Below are positions 11,976 through 23,363 of a stretch of DNA of 44,136 nt, one piece after another. Source of the DNA: Chiloscyllium plagiosum (taxonomy: Eukaryota); contig NW_025215381.1 in NCBI RefSeq assembly GCF_004010195.1, positions 1,311,730 through 1,355,865 on the forward strand, given 5' to 3'. The translations under genes were made by a program, and so were the position numbers. Position 1 is the first letter of the stretch. Each line of letters opens with the position of its first letter. The notes beneath the pieces are model-generated. The model worked only from the letters and a program-made list of their open reading frames with translations. It was not told the DNA's origin and did no database searches.

Positions 11976-12702
11976 CCACATAAGGAGATATCCAGTGAGT
12001 TAATTAAAAGTTGGATTAAATGAGTGTCTCAAAGGACGAGGGGGAGAGAGAGAGAGAGAGAAAAGAAGAGAGGTCTTGGTTGGGAATTCCAGAGTTCCAG
12101 ACGCAGGCAGCATGGCAGCCAGTAGAGGAGTGACGGGGATTGGGAGCAGCGCAGAGATGGGGACTGGAGGGGGTTACAGTGATAGGGAGGGGGTGTAGGG
12201 ACTGGAGGGGGTTAAGGTGCGATTCTCCTTCTCCTTTGATGCTGCCTGACCTGCTGCACTTTTCCAGCAACACATTTTTAAGCTCTGATCTCCAGCATCT
12301 GCAGCCCCAGCGTAGTTACCCTGCAGACCCCCGGCCCCCTCTCACACACCATGCCACCAGCTGCGGGTGTTTGAACATGACTGTCTGTTCTTGACCAGGA
12401 GCCAGACCACCTTCGTCAGGAAGTGGTGTGAACACAGACACTCCAAGACACAAACACGGGTGGGGAAGGTCAGGGTACAGCCTGACCAGGATTATCGACA
12501 GTGGGCATCACCCGAGACACACACCAACCCTTAACGCCAAAGGGTGAGACACTGAAAATATCACTGACAGGGTGGGTTTAGGGGCTGGAGGGGGTTTACA
12601 GAGATAGGGAGGGGTGTAGGGGGTGTTAGAGGTGACAGATATAGGGAGGGGCTTGAAAATATGGTAGTGAAGTTTGTATGATTAAATATAAACATCACTA
12701 AC

Positions 12703-12969
12703 CTGATGTACTTTTCCCAAAGGAACTGGTTTTGTACCCGTAATATGCTCAAGATGATGAATTTTGTCTCCAGCATGGTCTTGTGGAATAGGTTGTAGAC
12801 CACCCTATAGGCTTTGTCATCCAGTGACATGGGCACTTTGATAAAGTCCACATTGGGATCCATGGGGATCCAGGTCTCTGGGTAACCGTGTTCACAGTCA
12901 GGATTGGGAGCAGCTACTGAGGGGCTATCCAGCACACAGGGGTTTCTCTCAGATGACCCAGACAATGTC
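12703..12969 (-). CDS. TIPARP: TIPARP-like internal exon (linker and start of PARP domain)
   Basis: TLSG...YPETWIPMDPNVDFIKVP...YRVVYNLFHKTM...ILRVQNQFLWEKYIR. Acceptor tatgttttcag|G with a CTAAC branch site upstream; donor AG|GTTAGT; 267 nt, phase 2/2, in frame with both neighbours. Confidence 0.93.
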
Positions 12970-13396
12970 CTGAAAACATAACTTCCTGTTAGCTGTTGGC
13001 CAGTTAACATTCATGCTTGCAATCTCTCCATCCTCCCAGTGATGGGATTAGTGGAATTCCGAACAACGCACCCTTCCGAAACTCCCAGTGCCTCTCTGCG
13101 ACATTGTCCATCTCCCACATCAGGAATACCCAGTCCACGAAACACTTGTGTAAACCTGACACAAAATGGCAGCATGTGGGCATGCCTCGTGAGGGTAATA
13201 TTTCCCTTTGAACAGGATGGCTCATTCGGTCATTTCAGAGTCACATGTAGGCCAGACCAGGTAAGGATGGCAGATTTCCTTCCCTAAAGGACATTAGTGA
13301 ACCAGATGGGATTTTATGACCATCAATGACTGTTGTCGTGGTCACTGATACCAAAACTAGATTCAGTTCCAAACTTAATAAACAAATTCAGATTCC

Positions 13397-13682
13397 GCCA
13401 CGGTGGCTCAGTGGTTAGCACTGCTGCCTCACAGCACCAGGGACCCAGGTTCGACTCCAGCCTCGGGCGACTGTCTGTGTGGAATTTGCACATTCTCCCC
13501 GTGTCTGAGTGGATTTCCTTCCACAATCCAGATTAGGGTGGATTGGCCATGCTAAACTGCCCATAGTGTGAGGTGCATTAGTCAGAGGCAAATGGATCTG
13601 GTTGGGGGTTACTCTTTGAAGGGTCAGTGTGGACTTACTAGGCCGAATGGCCTGTTTCCACAATGTAGGGAATCTAATCTGA
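13397..13682 (+). mobile_element. HE1-type SINE
   Basis: cacggtggctcagtggttagcactgctgcc...ggttcgactcc...taatct tail. Confidence 0.9.
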
Positions 13683-14007
13683 TCAGTAGTGGTGGGATTT
13701 GAACCTGTGTTCGCCTGGAGCCTCTGGATTTCTCCCCTCGTGCCATTGCCACCATAACACCACCCTCCACAATCTTACACTGGTCATGTATAGGTTTGAT
13801 CCCTCTTCATCTCCCCAAAAGGGAACACTCTCAGTGCATTTATCCCTCACAAACCCCACCCCTCCCCTCGATCAGCTCACCCATTAGTTTTTCCCACCCA
13901 GATAAACAGCTTAATTCAATTGTCCCAATCAACAAAGAGCAGGACATCCCTCCGTTACAAATGGAACAGAAATATCACGGAGATCAACATTGGCCCACAG
14001 CACTCAC

Positions 14008-14198
14008 TTGAGGTAGGGCAGGAGCGTGACGGTTGATTGGAAGAGGGGCCGTTTCCGGATGGTTCTCTTTGTGCCTGAGGTGATGTTCTGCTGGTAGCTG
14101 GCGTTGAGATCCACCTTGTATCGCTGACTCTGACTGATCATGAAGTACCTCACCACAATGCCCTGTCGGAGGGCTTCCTCAAAGTACTGGGCGAGTGA
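14008..14198 (-). CDS. TIPARP: TIPARP-like internal exon (C-terminal part of WWE domain)
   Basis: SLAQYFEEALRQGIVVRYFMISQSQRYKVDLNASYQQNITSGTKRTIRKRPLFQSTVTLLPYLK. Acceptor tccttgcag|TCA; donor AA|GTGAGT; 191 nt, phase 0/2. Confidence 0.9.
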
Positions 14199-14320
14199 CT
14201 GCAAGGACGACATTCAGAGATTGAGGCATTGGGCGGTGACACAGAGAAAAAGTGCAAGATCCTGAGCACACAAGCATCGAAAACACAAAGACCATCTTCC
14301 CAATTGCGATGTTACCACAT

Positions 14321-14613
14321 TTAGATTAGATTAGATTAGAAACAGGCCCTTCGGCCCAACAAGTCCACAACGACCCGCCGAAGAGCACACACCCAGACCT
14401 ATTCCCCTACATTTACCCCTGACTAATGTACACCTAACACTATGGGGCAATTTAGCGTGACCAATTCACCGGCACATCTTTGGATTGTGGGAGGAAACCC
14501 ACGCAGACAGGGGGAGAATGTGCAAACTCCACACAGACAATCACCCGAGGCTGGAATCGAACCCGGGTCCCTAGCGCTGTGAGGCAGCAGTGCTAACCAC
14601 TGAGCCACCGTGC
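14321..14613 (-). mobile_element. HE1-type SINE
   Basis: (ttaga)n tail; ggaatcgaaccc...gtgctaaccactgagccaccgtg. Confidence 0.9.
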
Positions 14614-14954
14614 TACATTCTTATTAGTTACTCTGAATAACAGGCTAATGATAAGTGACACCCTTTGTGCCCTTGTTACATTTCTCAAGCATTCACAGTC
14701 TTGGGACTCACTGTACAGTTAACACCAGAGAGCGAAACTGTCTTTTGCAAACCTGGCTTCATTTGGTGTGGAGTACTGGCCTCAGCTAGACTATCCAACA
14801 AAGCAAAATCTAACCACAGCCCCTTGATGTTCACTCATCGGTCTTTACAGCACACAGAGAGGCCATTCTGCCCATCATTTTCTGCAACAGACCTGGCTGC
14901 ACCAATTCCACTTTACCATCTTTGCCCCATAGCTCTGTGGGCCAAGATAATGCA

Positions 14955-15147
14955 GGAGGATTGGCACTGCAGCGTCCCAGTGCCAGGGTCCCAGGTTCAA
15001 TTCCAGCCTTGGGCTAAATTGCCCCGTAGTGTTAGGTGCATTAGTCAGAGGGAAATGGGTCTGGGTGGGTTACTCTGCGGAGGGTCGGTGTGGACTGGTT
15101 GGGCCGAAGGGCCTGTTTCCACACTGTAGGGAAGCTAATCTAATCTA
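14955..15147 (+). mobile_element. HE1-type SINE, internally deleted
   Basis: ccagggtcccaggttcaattccagcc joined to gctaaattgccccgtagtg...taatctaa. Confidence 0.75.
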
Positions 15148-15589
15148 AGGATATCTAAATACTCTTTAAATGTGACACAAGTTTCTGTTCCAAATCACAC
15201 TTTCAGGCAGTGAGTGACTTCCACCATCCTTCTGGGTGAAAGAATTGGCTCCTCAGCTCTCCTCTTAGTTTTTTACATTTCAACCCTGTGCTGCCTACGC
15301 TATGAATGGACCCAGACCCTTAATCATATCCATCTCCATCAGGTTCCCCATTCAACTTTCTCTACTCCAAGGGAAACAACCCGGCCTATCCAATCATTTC
15401 TCAGAGCTCAGACTCTCCAGCCACAGCAACATCCTGTAAATCTCCTCTGCACCCTCTGTCTGTCCAATCACATCTTTTTGAAAACATGGTGACCAGAACC
15501 GCAGGCCAGTGTTTTATACAGATCCAGCCTCGTGTCCTTGCTCTTGTATCCTATGCCTCTGCTAATAAAAGCAAGTATCCCACTTTCCT

Positions 15590-16045
15590 TAGACTCGATT
15601 ACCTACAGTGTGGCAACAGGCCCTTCGGCCCAACCAGTCCACTGAAGAGTAACCCACCCAGACCCATTTCCCTCTGACTAATGCACCTAACACTGTAGGC
15701 AATTTAGCATGGCCAATTCACCCTAACCTGCAGATCCCTGAGCACTATGGGGCAGTTTAGCATGGCCAATCCACCCTGACCTGCACATCCCTGAACACTA
15801 TGGGGCAGTTTAGCATGGCCAATCCACCCTAACCTACACATCCCTGAACACTATGGGGCAGTTTAGCACGGCCAATCCACCCTAACCTGCACATCTTTGG
15901 ACGGTGGGAGGAAACCGGAGCAAACCCACGCCGACACGGGGAGAATGTGCAAACTCCACACAGACAGTCACCCGAGGCTGGAATCGAACCCTGGTCCCTG
16001 GCACTGTGAGGCAGCAGTGCTAACCACTGAGCCACTGTGCCGCCC
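15590..16045 (-). mobile_element. HE1-type SINE with about 4 tandem 53-bp units, inside a minus-strand CR1 remnant (about 15150-16420)
   Basis: Repeated catccctgaacactatggggcagtttagcatggccaatccaccc; head ends ccactgtgccgccc. Confidence 0.9.
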
Positions 16046-16419
16046 CTTCTTAACTACCTGTCCTGCTATTTTCATGGATCTATAGATACACACAGAGGTC
16101 CCAACGTTCATTGTGTTATCCATTGTGAGCTCTCCCTTAGTGTATTAGTACATCTTTTGTCCCTGAGAACCACACCACAAATATACCTCCAGTTACAGAC
16201 ACATCCCTCTCCCATCACCCTCTGCTTCCTGCCTCTCAGCCAGGTTTGCATCCAATGTGCCACCTTGCTATAGATCCCACGAGCTTTCCTTTCTTGACCC
16301 GTCTGCCATGACCTTTTCAAAAGGGCTTGCTAAAGCCCACGTGGACCCAACCAATGCATAACCTTTAACACTTCCAGTTACATTCCCAACTGCTTTGATC
16401 AAATTTGTCAAACGCAACT

Positions 16420-16925
16420 TTTCTTAAGAATGGCAATGTTCAATGGCATTGGATTAACTGAAACCCCTTCATCCTGGAGGCTGTCATTTACCACAAACTG
16501 AATTGCACTAGCCAGATAAAGAAAGATGGTTCCAAAGGCAGTTCACGAGCTCTGACTCCCCAGCGCCTGTCTGTCACTCACTCACAAGGCACAAGTCGGG
16601 AGTGGGATGGACAATATCGGAATGGGGGGCATCTCCAAGAAGCTCAGCACCATCCAGGGCAAAGCAGCCCCCGCTCGATTGGTATCACATCCAGCACCCT
16701 CTGCGTTGATTCCCTCACAGTACGGACAGCATGTAACATCAACAAGATACACCGTGGCAATCCATCAAGGCTCCACAAACCCGTGACCCCACCCCATCCA
16801 GAAGACAAGAGCATGGTGAATACATGGGAACACCAGCCCCTCGCAAGGTCCCACCTTAACCACACAGGCTTGGAAATATATCGCCTCAAACTCTTGGAAC
16901 CCCGTCTCTCCCAGCATTGTGCGTA
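16420..16925 (+). mobile_element. LINE 3' region (CR1/L2-group), continues at 17158-17250
   Basis: caaggcacaagtcgggagtg...aagaagctcagcaccatccagggcaaagcagcc...gttcaagaaggcaactc...gggatggccaataaa. Confidence 0.6.
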
Positions 16926-16944
16926 TGTGACCCTACATCCTGAG

Positions 16945-17142
16945 CTGAAAATGTGTTGCTGGAAAAGCGCAGCAGGTCAGGCAGCATCCAGGGAACAGGA
17001 GAATCGACGTTTCGGGCATAAGCCCTTCTTCAGGAATACCCGAAACATCGATTCTCCTACTCCTTGGATGCTGACTGACCTGCTGCGCTTTTCCAGCAAC
17101 ACATTTTCAGCTCTGATCTCCAGCATCTGCAGACCTCACTTT
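16945..17142. mobile_element. Penelope-derived palindromic insert with 15-bp TSD
   Basis: Inverted arms; direct repeat ACCCTACATCCTGAG at 16930-16944 and 17143-17157. Confidence 0.9.
17001..17038 (-). ncRNA. Minimal type-I hammerhead ribozyme motif, intact core
   Basis: Minus strand: CUGAAGA-A-GGGC-UUAU-GCCC-GAAA-CG-UC; predicted cleavage between 17006 and 17005. Confidence 0.7.
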
Positions 17143-17269
17143 ACCCTACATCCTGAGACCTGCAAGCTGTTCAAGAAGGCAACTCGCTACTACCTCCCCA
17201 AGGGGCAATTGGGATGGCCAATAAAGGCTGGGCCCAGCACCCAGGTCCCATCAAAGAACTGTGAGCTAG

Positions 17270-17657
17270 CAGACGCCTGGAGGAAGAACGCCTCATCTTC
17301 CGCCTCGGAACACTTCAACCCCAGGGCATCAATGTGGACTTCACCAGTTTCCTCATTTCCCCTTCCCCCACCTCACCCCAGCTCCAAACTTCCAGCTCAG
17401 TTCCGTCCCCATGACCTGTCCTACTTGCCTATCCACTCCACCCTCTCCTCCCTGACCTATCACCTTCATCCCCTCCCCCACTCACCTATTGTACTCTATG
17501 CTACTTTCTCCCCACCCCCACCCTCCTCTCGTTTATCTCTCCACCCTTCAGGCTCTCTGCCTGTATTCCTGATGAAGGGCTTTTGCCCGAAACGTCGATT
17601 TTACTGCTCCTCAGATGCTGCCTGAACTGCTTTTTCCAGCACCTCTCTAATCTAGAC
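17270..17657 (+). mobile_element. Penelope-like element 3' end (GIY-YIG C-terminus plus pLTR)
   Basis: Translates RLEEERLIFRLGTLQPQGINVDFTSF (PLE E..I..L.TL.P.G(I/L)N motif), then a pyrimidine-rich tract and a hammerhead motif. Confidence 0.88.
17564..17600 (+). ncRNA. Minimal type-I hammerhead ribozyme motif, intact core
   Basis: CUGAUGA (17569-75)-A-GGGC-UUUU-GCCC-GAAA (17589-92)-CG-UC; predicted cleavage after 17596. Confidence 0.72.
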
Positions 17658-18456
17658 TGTGAGGTAGCTGTCTGACTGGCCACTGGTTTTGCTGAACTGT
17701 CGATGAATTGCCGGGCTATTGTTTAAAATTCATTTCTGGGGTGTGGAGACTGCTTTGTTCTAAATGCGCATTCCTAAAACGTCATTGCGTTGTCCCTGAC
17801 AGAACCTCGGCTGGTCAACAGCCTCGCTCTGCACCTGCATTGGGGTTGGTTTCTCTGACATAAAAGTCTTCCCCATAGCACACGACTGACTCACTCAATC
17901 TCTCCAGTACAGCAATTAGACCTTGTACCTTCTGACTCAGGGGCAGGAATGGTATCACTATGCAGCCTGTTATGGTGAAATTAACTGGTATCCCCTGACA
18001 CACCCACAGTTAGAATTTTCCTGGTGTGAATGCAAACTCTACTCCGCCCTCATTCACACAACCATGACATTTTTCAGACACCATCCCCCGAACCAACATA
18101 TACTACATTTTAAATCCCCACTTTCCCAGTGGGTTGGGGCAGACAGGGCAATATTTAACTGGCATAATTCCCCAGGCACCCATCCATATTTAAACCAAAT
18201 TGCTGCACATGTTTGTGACACAGTTTATTCCTCCGAGGAGGTGATATGAAGGTGTGAACAACTTCCTGTCCCTTACACCGATGTGTGAAAGTACGTTCAA
18301 GACTTGACCCAAAATTTTCTTCACTTGATTTCAAAACAGTTCTGTCAAATCTCTCCTTAACCTCCTCTCACTCCCAGTTCAGTGCTCAAACCCCCTTGAA
18401 GACCAGCTTGACCTTTGACAGCAATTTCCCGCCTCCCATCCCGGTAAGGTCAGTAC

Positions 18457-18619
18457 CTGAGGGTACTGCTTCCACTCGAACGTGTCCCTCCAGTAGTATC
18501 GCCACGTCGTGCGGAAGATGTCAGAGGGGTCAATGTCCGAGGTGCTGAGCCGCCTTAACCGGTCAAACGTCTCGCTCTGAATGGTCATTTGGTCAAAGTC
18601 TGCGGTGAAACTCCGATCC
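18457..18619 (-). CDS. TIPARP: TIPARP-like internal exon (WWE region), most 5' exon found
   Basis: DRSFTADFDQMTIQSETFDRLRRLST...TTWRYYWRDTFEWKQYPQ. Acceptor ttttcgctttag|G; donor CAG|GTACTG; 163 nt, phase 2/0. Confidence 0.9.
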
Positions 18620-18804
18620 CTAAAGCGAAAAGCAAAGTGACCATGAACAACAGACTCCACCCACAATTCCCTTCGGCCTTATTAACCTTAAAGGCTGGCC
18701 TTAACCCCATAGACATACCTTATCAATCCAACAGGCAGCCCTTCGGCAATGAGAACCCTATGGACGAGTCCTACAGAGCAATCCTATAGACAGGAACCCT
18801 CAAA

Positions 18805-18945
18805 CCCAACCCCCCCTCCCATTTATCTCAGCTCCCACCCTTCCCCCGGCCCATAAGTCTCATTCCTGATGAAGGGCTTATGCCCAAAATGTCGGTTCTC
18901 TTCCTCGGATGCTGCCTGACCCTGCTGTGCTTTTCCAGCACCGCA
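18805..18945 (+). mobile_element. Penelope-like pLTR fragment, mutated hammerhead
   Basis: cattcctgatgaagggcttatgcccaaaatgtcg...gatgctgcctgacc. Confidence 0.75.
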
Positions 18946-19057
18946 CCCTGAACCTTGTCGACAGGCTTTATATATAGTCAGGCTTTAATAAGCCAAAGGC
19001 TGTCCATAAACCTTATTAACCCTATAGACAGGTTTACAAGAGAGTTATTAACCCAAA

Positions 19058-19303
19058 TCAGTGGTCAACACTGATGCCTCACAGCACCAGGGTCCCAGGT
19101 TCAATTCCAGCCTCGGGCGACTCTCTGTGTGGAGTTTGCACATTCTCTACATGGGTTTCCTCCCACAGTCCAAAGATGTGCAGGTCAGGTGAATTGGCCA
19201 TGCTAAATTACCCCATAGTGTTAGGTGCATTAGTCAGACGGAGGGTTGGTGTGGACATGTTGGGCCGAAGGGCCTGTTTCCAGACTGTAGGGAATCTAAT
19301 CTA
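19058..19303 (+). mobile_element. HE1-type SINE
   Basis: cagtggtcaacactgatgcctcacagcaccagg...gggaatctaatctaa. Confidence 0.85.
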
Positions 19304-19340
19304 AGCATTTATTAAATGTGGATAGGCTGTATTAAGACAG

Positions 19341-19532
19341 TGTTGAAAAATATGATGCTGGAAAAACACAGCAGGCCAGACAGCATCCGAGGAGCAGGAG
19401 AATCGATGTTGAAGAAGGGCTTCTGCTTGAAACGTCAATTCTCCTGCCCCTCGGATGCTGCCTGACCTGCTGTGTTTTTCCAGCATCACATTTTCAACTC
19501 TGGTCTCCAGCAACTGCAGTCCTCACTTCCCC
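19341..19532. mobile_element. Penelope-derived palindromic insert with TSD
   Basis: Arms gttgaaaaatatgatgctggaaaaacacagcagg / cctgctgtgtttttccagcatcacattttcaac; flanked by TGTATTAAG(A/T)CAGT. Confidence 0.85.
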
Positions 19533-19904
19533 ATGTATTAAGTCAGTACTTATTAACCCTACTGATAGGCTTTATTAGCCCAATACTTACCACACATGGA
19601 CTGGCCTTATACCCCAGAGACTAGTTCTAATAAGTCTTGTCTGTAGCTTCAATGAGAGTTTTTAACTGTACAGACAACTCTTTATTAAACTTACAGACAG
19701 GCCTGATCGAACTTGCAGCTACCTTATAGGCCCCACACCCTTTTCCTGTGTCCCTGAAGTCTCACTCAGGACACCAACACAAGTTTGTTAGATATGACCA
19801 TCAAGTCCCTCACTGGGTCACACTCCTAGAACTCTTCACCCGACAGCACAGGCTGCCCAACAACACCGCACAGACCACTGTCATTTACTTCAGTACCTTC
19901 AAAC

Positions 19905-21070
19905 TTAGACAGGAATAGAGAGGGTAGATGCAGGCACGATGTTTCCCCGTGGTTGGGGAGTCTGGAACCTGGGGGGACCTCAGTCAGGACTGAAAGGAAG
20001 AGAATTGATTTTTACTCAGAGGGCTGCGGAAGCTCAGTCTTTGTAGAGGTTGAAAGATTTCTAATTCCCAGGGGTGTACAGGGTTATGGGGATGAGGAAA
20101 TGTTATTGAATTGTTCAGTCCACCGTGATCATATTGAATGATAGAGCAGGCTTGATGAGCTGAATGATGGGCTTTAGTTGTGGTTTTCTGCATGACTGGA
20201 AATTGCTTGACTGTTTCTTTTTTCAATGGACCGAGCTTCAGATTCCAACCCACCCTTTGTCATTGATGGGCTGAATGGCCTAGTCCTGCTAAGGTGACTA
20301 TGCTTTTCTGTTCTCTTGAGCAGAGATTCCATTGTTCTTCCCAACACGAAGTCGAATCCGACTGGTCTACATTTCCCGGGATACTTTCGGTCTCCTTTCT
20401 TGAACAGGAGTATTGGATTAGTTATCTAGCAGTCCTCTGGGAATACACCTCTCTCTAACAAATTATTAAACGGTGTCTCTGCTGTCTCTGGACTATTTTA
20501 AGATAAGCCAGGCTAATAAAGATGGGCAATATTGGCAAACCACATCCCAAAGTAGTTCCTAAAACAAAATTACGGTGACTATTTTGTGGTGAAAAGGGGA
20601 TGAGATGGTGGGAAAAGGGATCAGTTCCTTGCTTGCATTCATAAATTCATAAGTTATAGGAGCAGAATTAGGCCATTCGGCCAGTCAAATCTGCTCTGCC
20701 ATTTGATCATCGCTGATGCAATCTCCCTGCCTTCTCTCCATATCCCTTCAACCCATTACCAATTACAAATCTGTCCGACTCCTCCTTAAATTTACTCACT
20801 GTCCCAGTATCCACCGCACTTTGGGATGGCCAACTCCACAGATTCACAGCCCTTTGTGAGTAGTTTCTCCTCAACTCTGTTTTAAATTTGCTACCCCACC
20901 CCACCTTAGCCCAAGAGAGTGACCTCTCGTCCCAGAATGCCCGGCAAGAGGAAGCATCCAATCCCCGTCTATTTTATCCAGACTTTTTATCATCTTGAGC
21001 ACCTCAACTTGATCTCCCCTCATACTTCTAAATTCCAGAGAATACAGGCCAAAGTTGTTCAGTCTCTTGA
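19905..21070. mobile_element. Cluster of degenerate CR1 3' fragments (plus at about 19905-20310, minus at about 20640-21070)
   Basis: KTELRRNYSQRAVNLW...KFKEESDRF on the minus strand; gggctgaatggcct tails. Confidence 0.65.
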
Positions 21071-21405
21071 TGGGTCACCATCTTGAACTGTTTACGGCGT
21101 TAGGCCCTGTCTCCTGAACTCCAACAGCGCCGTGCCACTGTGGGTTGGATGGCCAGTACGTTGAAAGGTAACAGGGCATCGCGGGTTGTCAGGAGATAGA
21201 TGCAATCAGTATGTACAGAGGACAAAAGAAACACCCAGAAAAGTCCTGCAAACTCTTGAGAGTAAACACGTAGCTTTGGCTCCAACTGGAGGACTGGGGC
21301 CTGCACTTTACAGAGAATGTCACAGCTCTGGAGAGGGTGCAGATGGGAGTTTACCTGACCAGGACTAGCCAAAACAAGGGAGGATAGGCTGGAAATTATA
21401 AAACA

Positions 21406-21576
21406 GGAGACAGTGAGGTCTGCAGATGCTGGAGATCAGAGTTGAGAGTGTGGTGATGGAAAAGCACAGCAGGTCAGGCAGCATCCGAGGAGCAGGAGAA
21501 TCGTTGTCTCAGGCTGGAGCCCTTCGTCGGGAATGCCTGGCCTGCTGTGCTTTTCCAGCAACACACTCTGAGCTGG
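21406..21576. mobile_element. Penelope-derived palindromic insert with 15-bp TSD
   Basis: Direct repeat GGAAATTATAAAACA at 21391-21405 and 21577-21591. Confidence 0.85.
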
Positions 21577-22197
21577 GGAAATTATAAAACACCAGATCAG
21601 CCCCAGGCTGAGGGCTGTGGGTTACCTCATTACAGAAAGGATGGCATAGCACAGGCAAGGGGTATGGAGGGGATTTACGAGGATGTCCCAGGGTTGGAAA
21701 ATTACAGGAAATGTCAGGAAAGACTGGGTAAGCTGGGGTTGTGCCTTGAATGAACGGGAGATTTAATAGAGACGTACAAATTGTAAAGATGTGGGGATGT
21801 GGATAAAGGGCCTATTGCCCCCAGCCCAGAAAGGTCAGTGACTGAGGGGGCATAGGTTGTACGCGATTGGTAGAAGGATTGGAGGAGAAGTGAAATATTT
21901 CTTCACCTGGAGGGTTTTTGGGGTCTGGAGCCTGCCACCTGACAGTGTGGCAGAGGCTGACACCCACCCCAAAGGTGCTAACAGCCTGCTATCTCCAAGA
22001 CCACACACTGCGGGAAACCAGGATTAGCCTGGATTGTGCTCAGGACAGACTCTGTGCCGTAGCTGTTTCTACAACTTCCTAAATGTCAGAAGAAGAGGAA
22101 TGGGGACAGAGAGTGAATTACTCCAGCGGAGGAATGTGATGGGCCAAATGGCCTTCCTGCCTGATGCCCTGTGATTCTGGGGGGGGGGCTAGATTTT

Positions 22198-22522
22198 GGA
22201 GTGGCACGGTGGCTCAGTGGTTAGCACTGCTGCCTCACAGCACCAGGGTCACAAGTTCGATTCCAGCCTCAGGCGACTGCCTGTGTGGAGTTTGCACGTT
22301 CTCCCCGTGTCTGCGTGGGTTTCCTCCGGGTGCTCCGGTTTCCTCCCACAGTCCAAAGATGTGCCGGTTAGGGTGAATTGGCCAAGCTAAATTGCCCGTA
22401 GTGGTAGGTGCATTCGTCAGAGGGAAATGGGTCTGAGTGGGTTACTGTTCGGAGGGTCGGTGTGGCCTGGTTGGGCTGTGGGCCTGTTTCCACACTGTTG
22501 GTAGTCTAATCTAATGTAATCT
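22198..22522 (+). mobile_element. HE1-type SINE, full length
   Basis: ggcacggtggctcagtggttagc...gttcgattcc...ctaatctaat. Confidence 0.92.
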
Positions 22523-22594
22523 ATCAGTGAATGTGGAAAGACTGGAGAAACTGGGATTGTTCCCCTCAGAGCAGAGAAGCTTAAAGGATGAGAT

Positions 22595-22990
22595 TTGCAA
22601 ACCAACACTCCATCCATTGACTCCATCGACACTTCCCACTGGTTCAGGAAAGCAACAATAGAGACATAATTAAAGGTCCCTCCTATCTCACATATATTCT
22701 CTTTCACCCTCTTCCATCGGGCAGAAGATGGAAAACTTTGAAAACACATACCAACAGATTCAAGAACAGCTTCTTCCCCGCTGTTATCAGATTTCTGAAG
22801 AGACCTTTCAAATGTTGATTCTGATCTCTCTCTCTCTGTCTGTCTCTCTGCACCTGCTCTGTAACACTATATTCTGCTCTATGTTCTGTTTCTCTGCTGC
22901 ACTTTGTAATCTGCCTGTATGAGCATGCAAAACAACACTTTTCACGTTATCACAGTACACATGACAACAATAAATCAATTGATCAATAAT
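22595..22990 (+). mobile_element. Rex1/Babar-type LINE 3' end
   Basis: caacagattcaagaacagcttcttccccgctgttatcaga...aacacttttcac...gtacacatgacaacaataaatcaat. Confidence 0.75.
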
Positions 22991-23119
22991 CAGGTACATT
23001 CAATCAGACTAACAGGGTGAAACTACTGCCCTTCAATGGAGAGTAATGTGGATGCTGGGATATCTTAAATAAAAACAGACAGTGCTGGAGAAACTCAGCA
23101 GGTCTGGGCCATGTCTATG

Positions 23120-23312
23120 GAGAGAGAAATGGAGTCAAAGTTCCGAGGCCAAGTTTATGAGAACTGTTGGTGTTGGCAGTGTCGGACTCCAGAGACAGTG
23201 GGACAGTCACCATAGGGAGAGAGAAAGGAGTCAAAGTTCCGAGGCCAAGTTTATGAGAACTGTTGGTGTTGGCAGTGTCGGACTCCAGAGACAGTGGGAC
23301 AGTCACCATAGG
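23120..23312 (+). repeat. 96-bp tandem duplication next to the gap
   Basis: ggagtcaaagttccgagg at 23131 and 23227; units nearly identical. Confidence 0.9.
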
Positions 23313-23363
23313 GGCACAGATCAGGAACAGACCAGGAATTGGTGAGTGGAGAGAGAGGGGGGG

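Noticed and set aside
16783..17625. 280-aa plus-strand ORF
   Set aside because: Runs through three unrelated repeats, and the real PLE peptide is in a different frame.
19584..19640. Strong minus-strand donor G|GTAAGT at 19590 as the end of the missing TIPARP exon
   Set aside because: Upstream phase-2 translation (RTSLWGIRPVHVW) has no TIPARP similarity and lies in a decayed repeat.
23120..23312. 96-bp duplication as a functional repeat
   Set aside because: Near-identical and adjacent to a gap, so it may be an assembly artefact.
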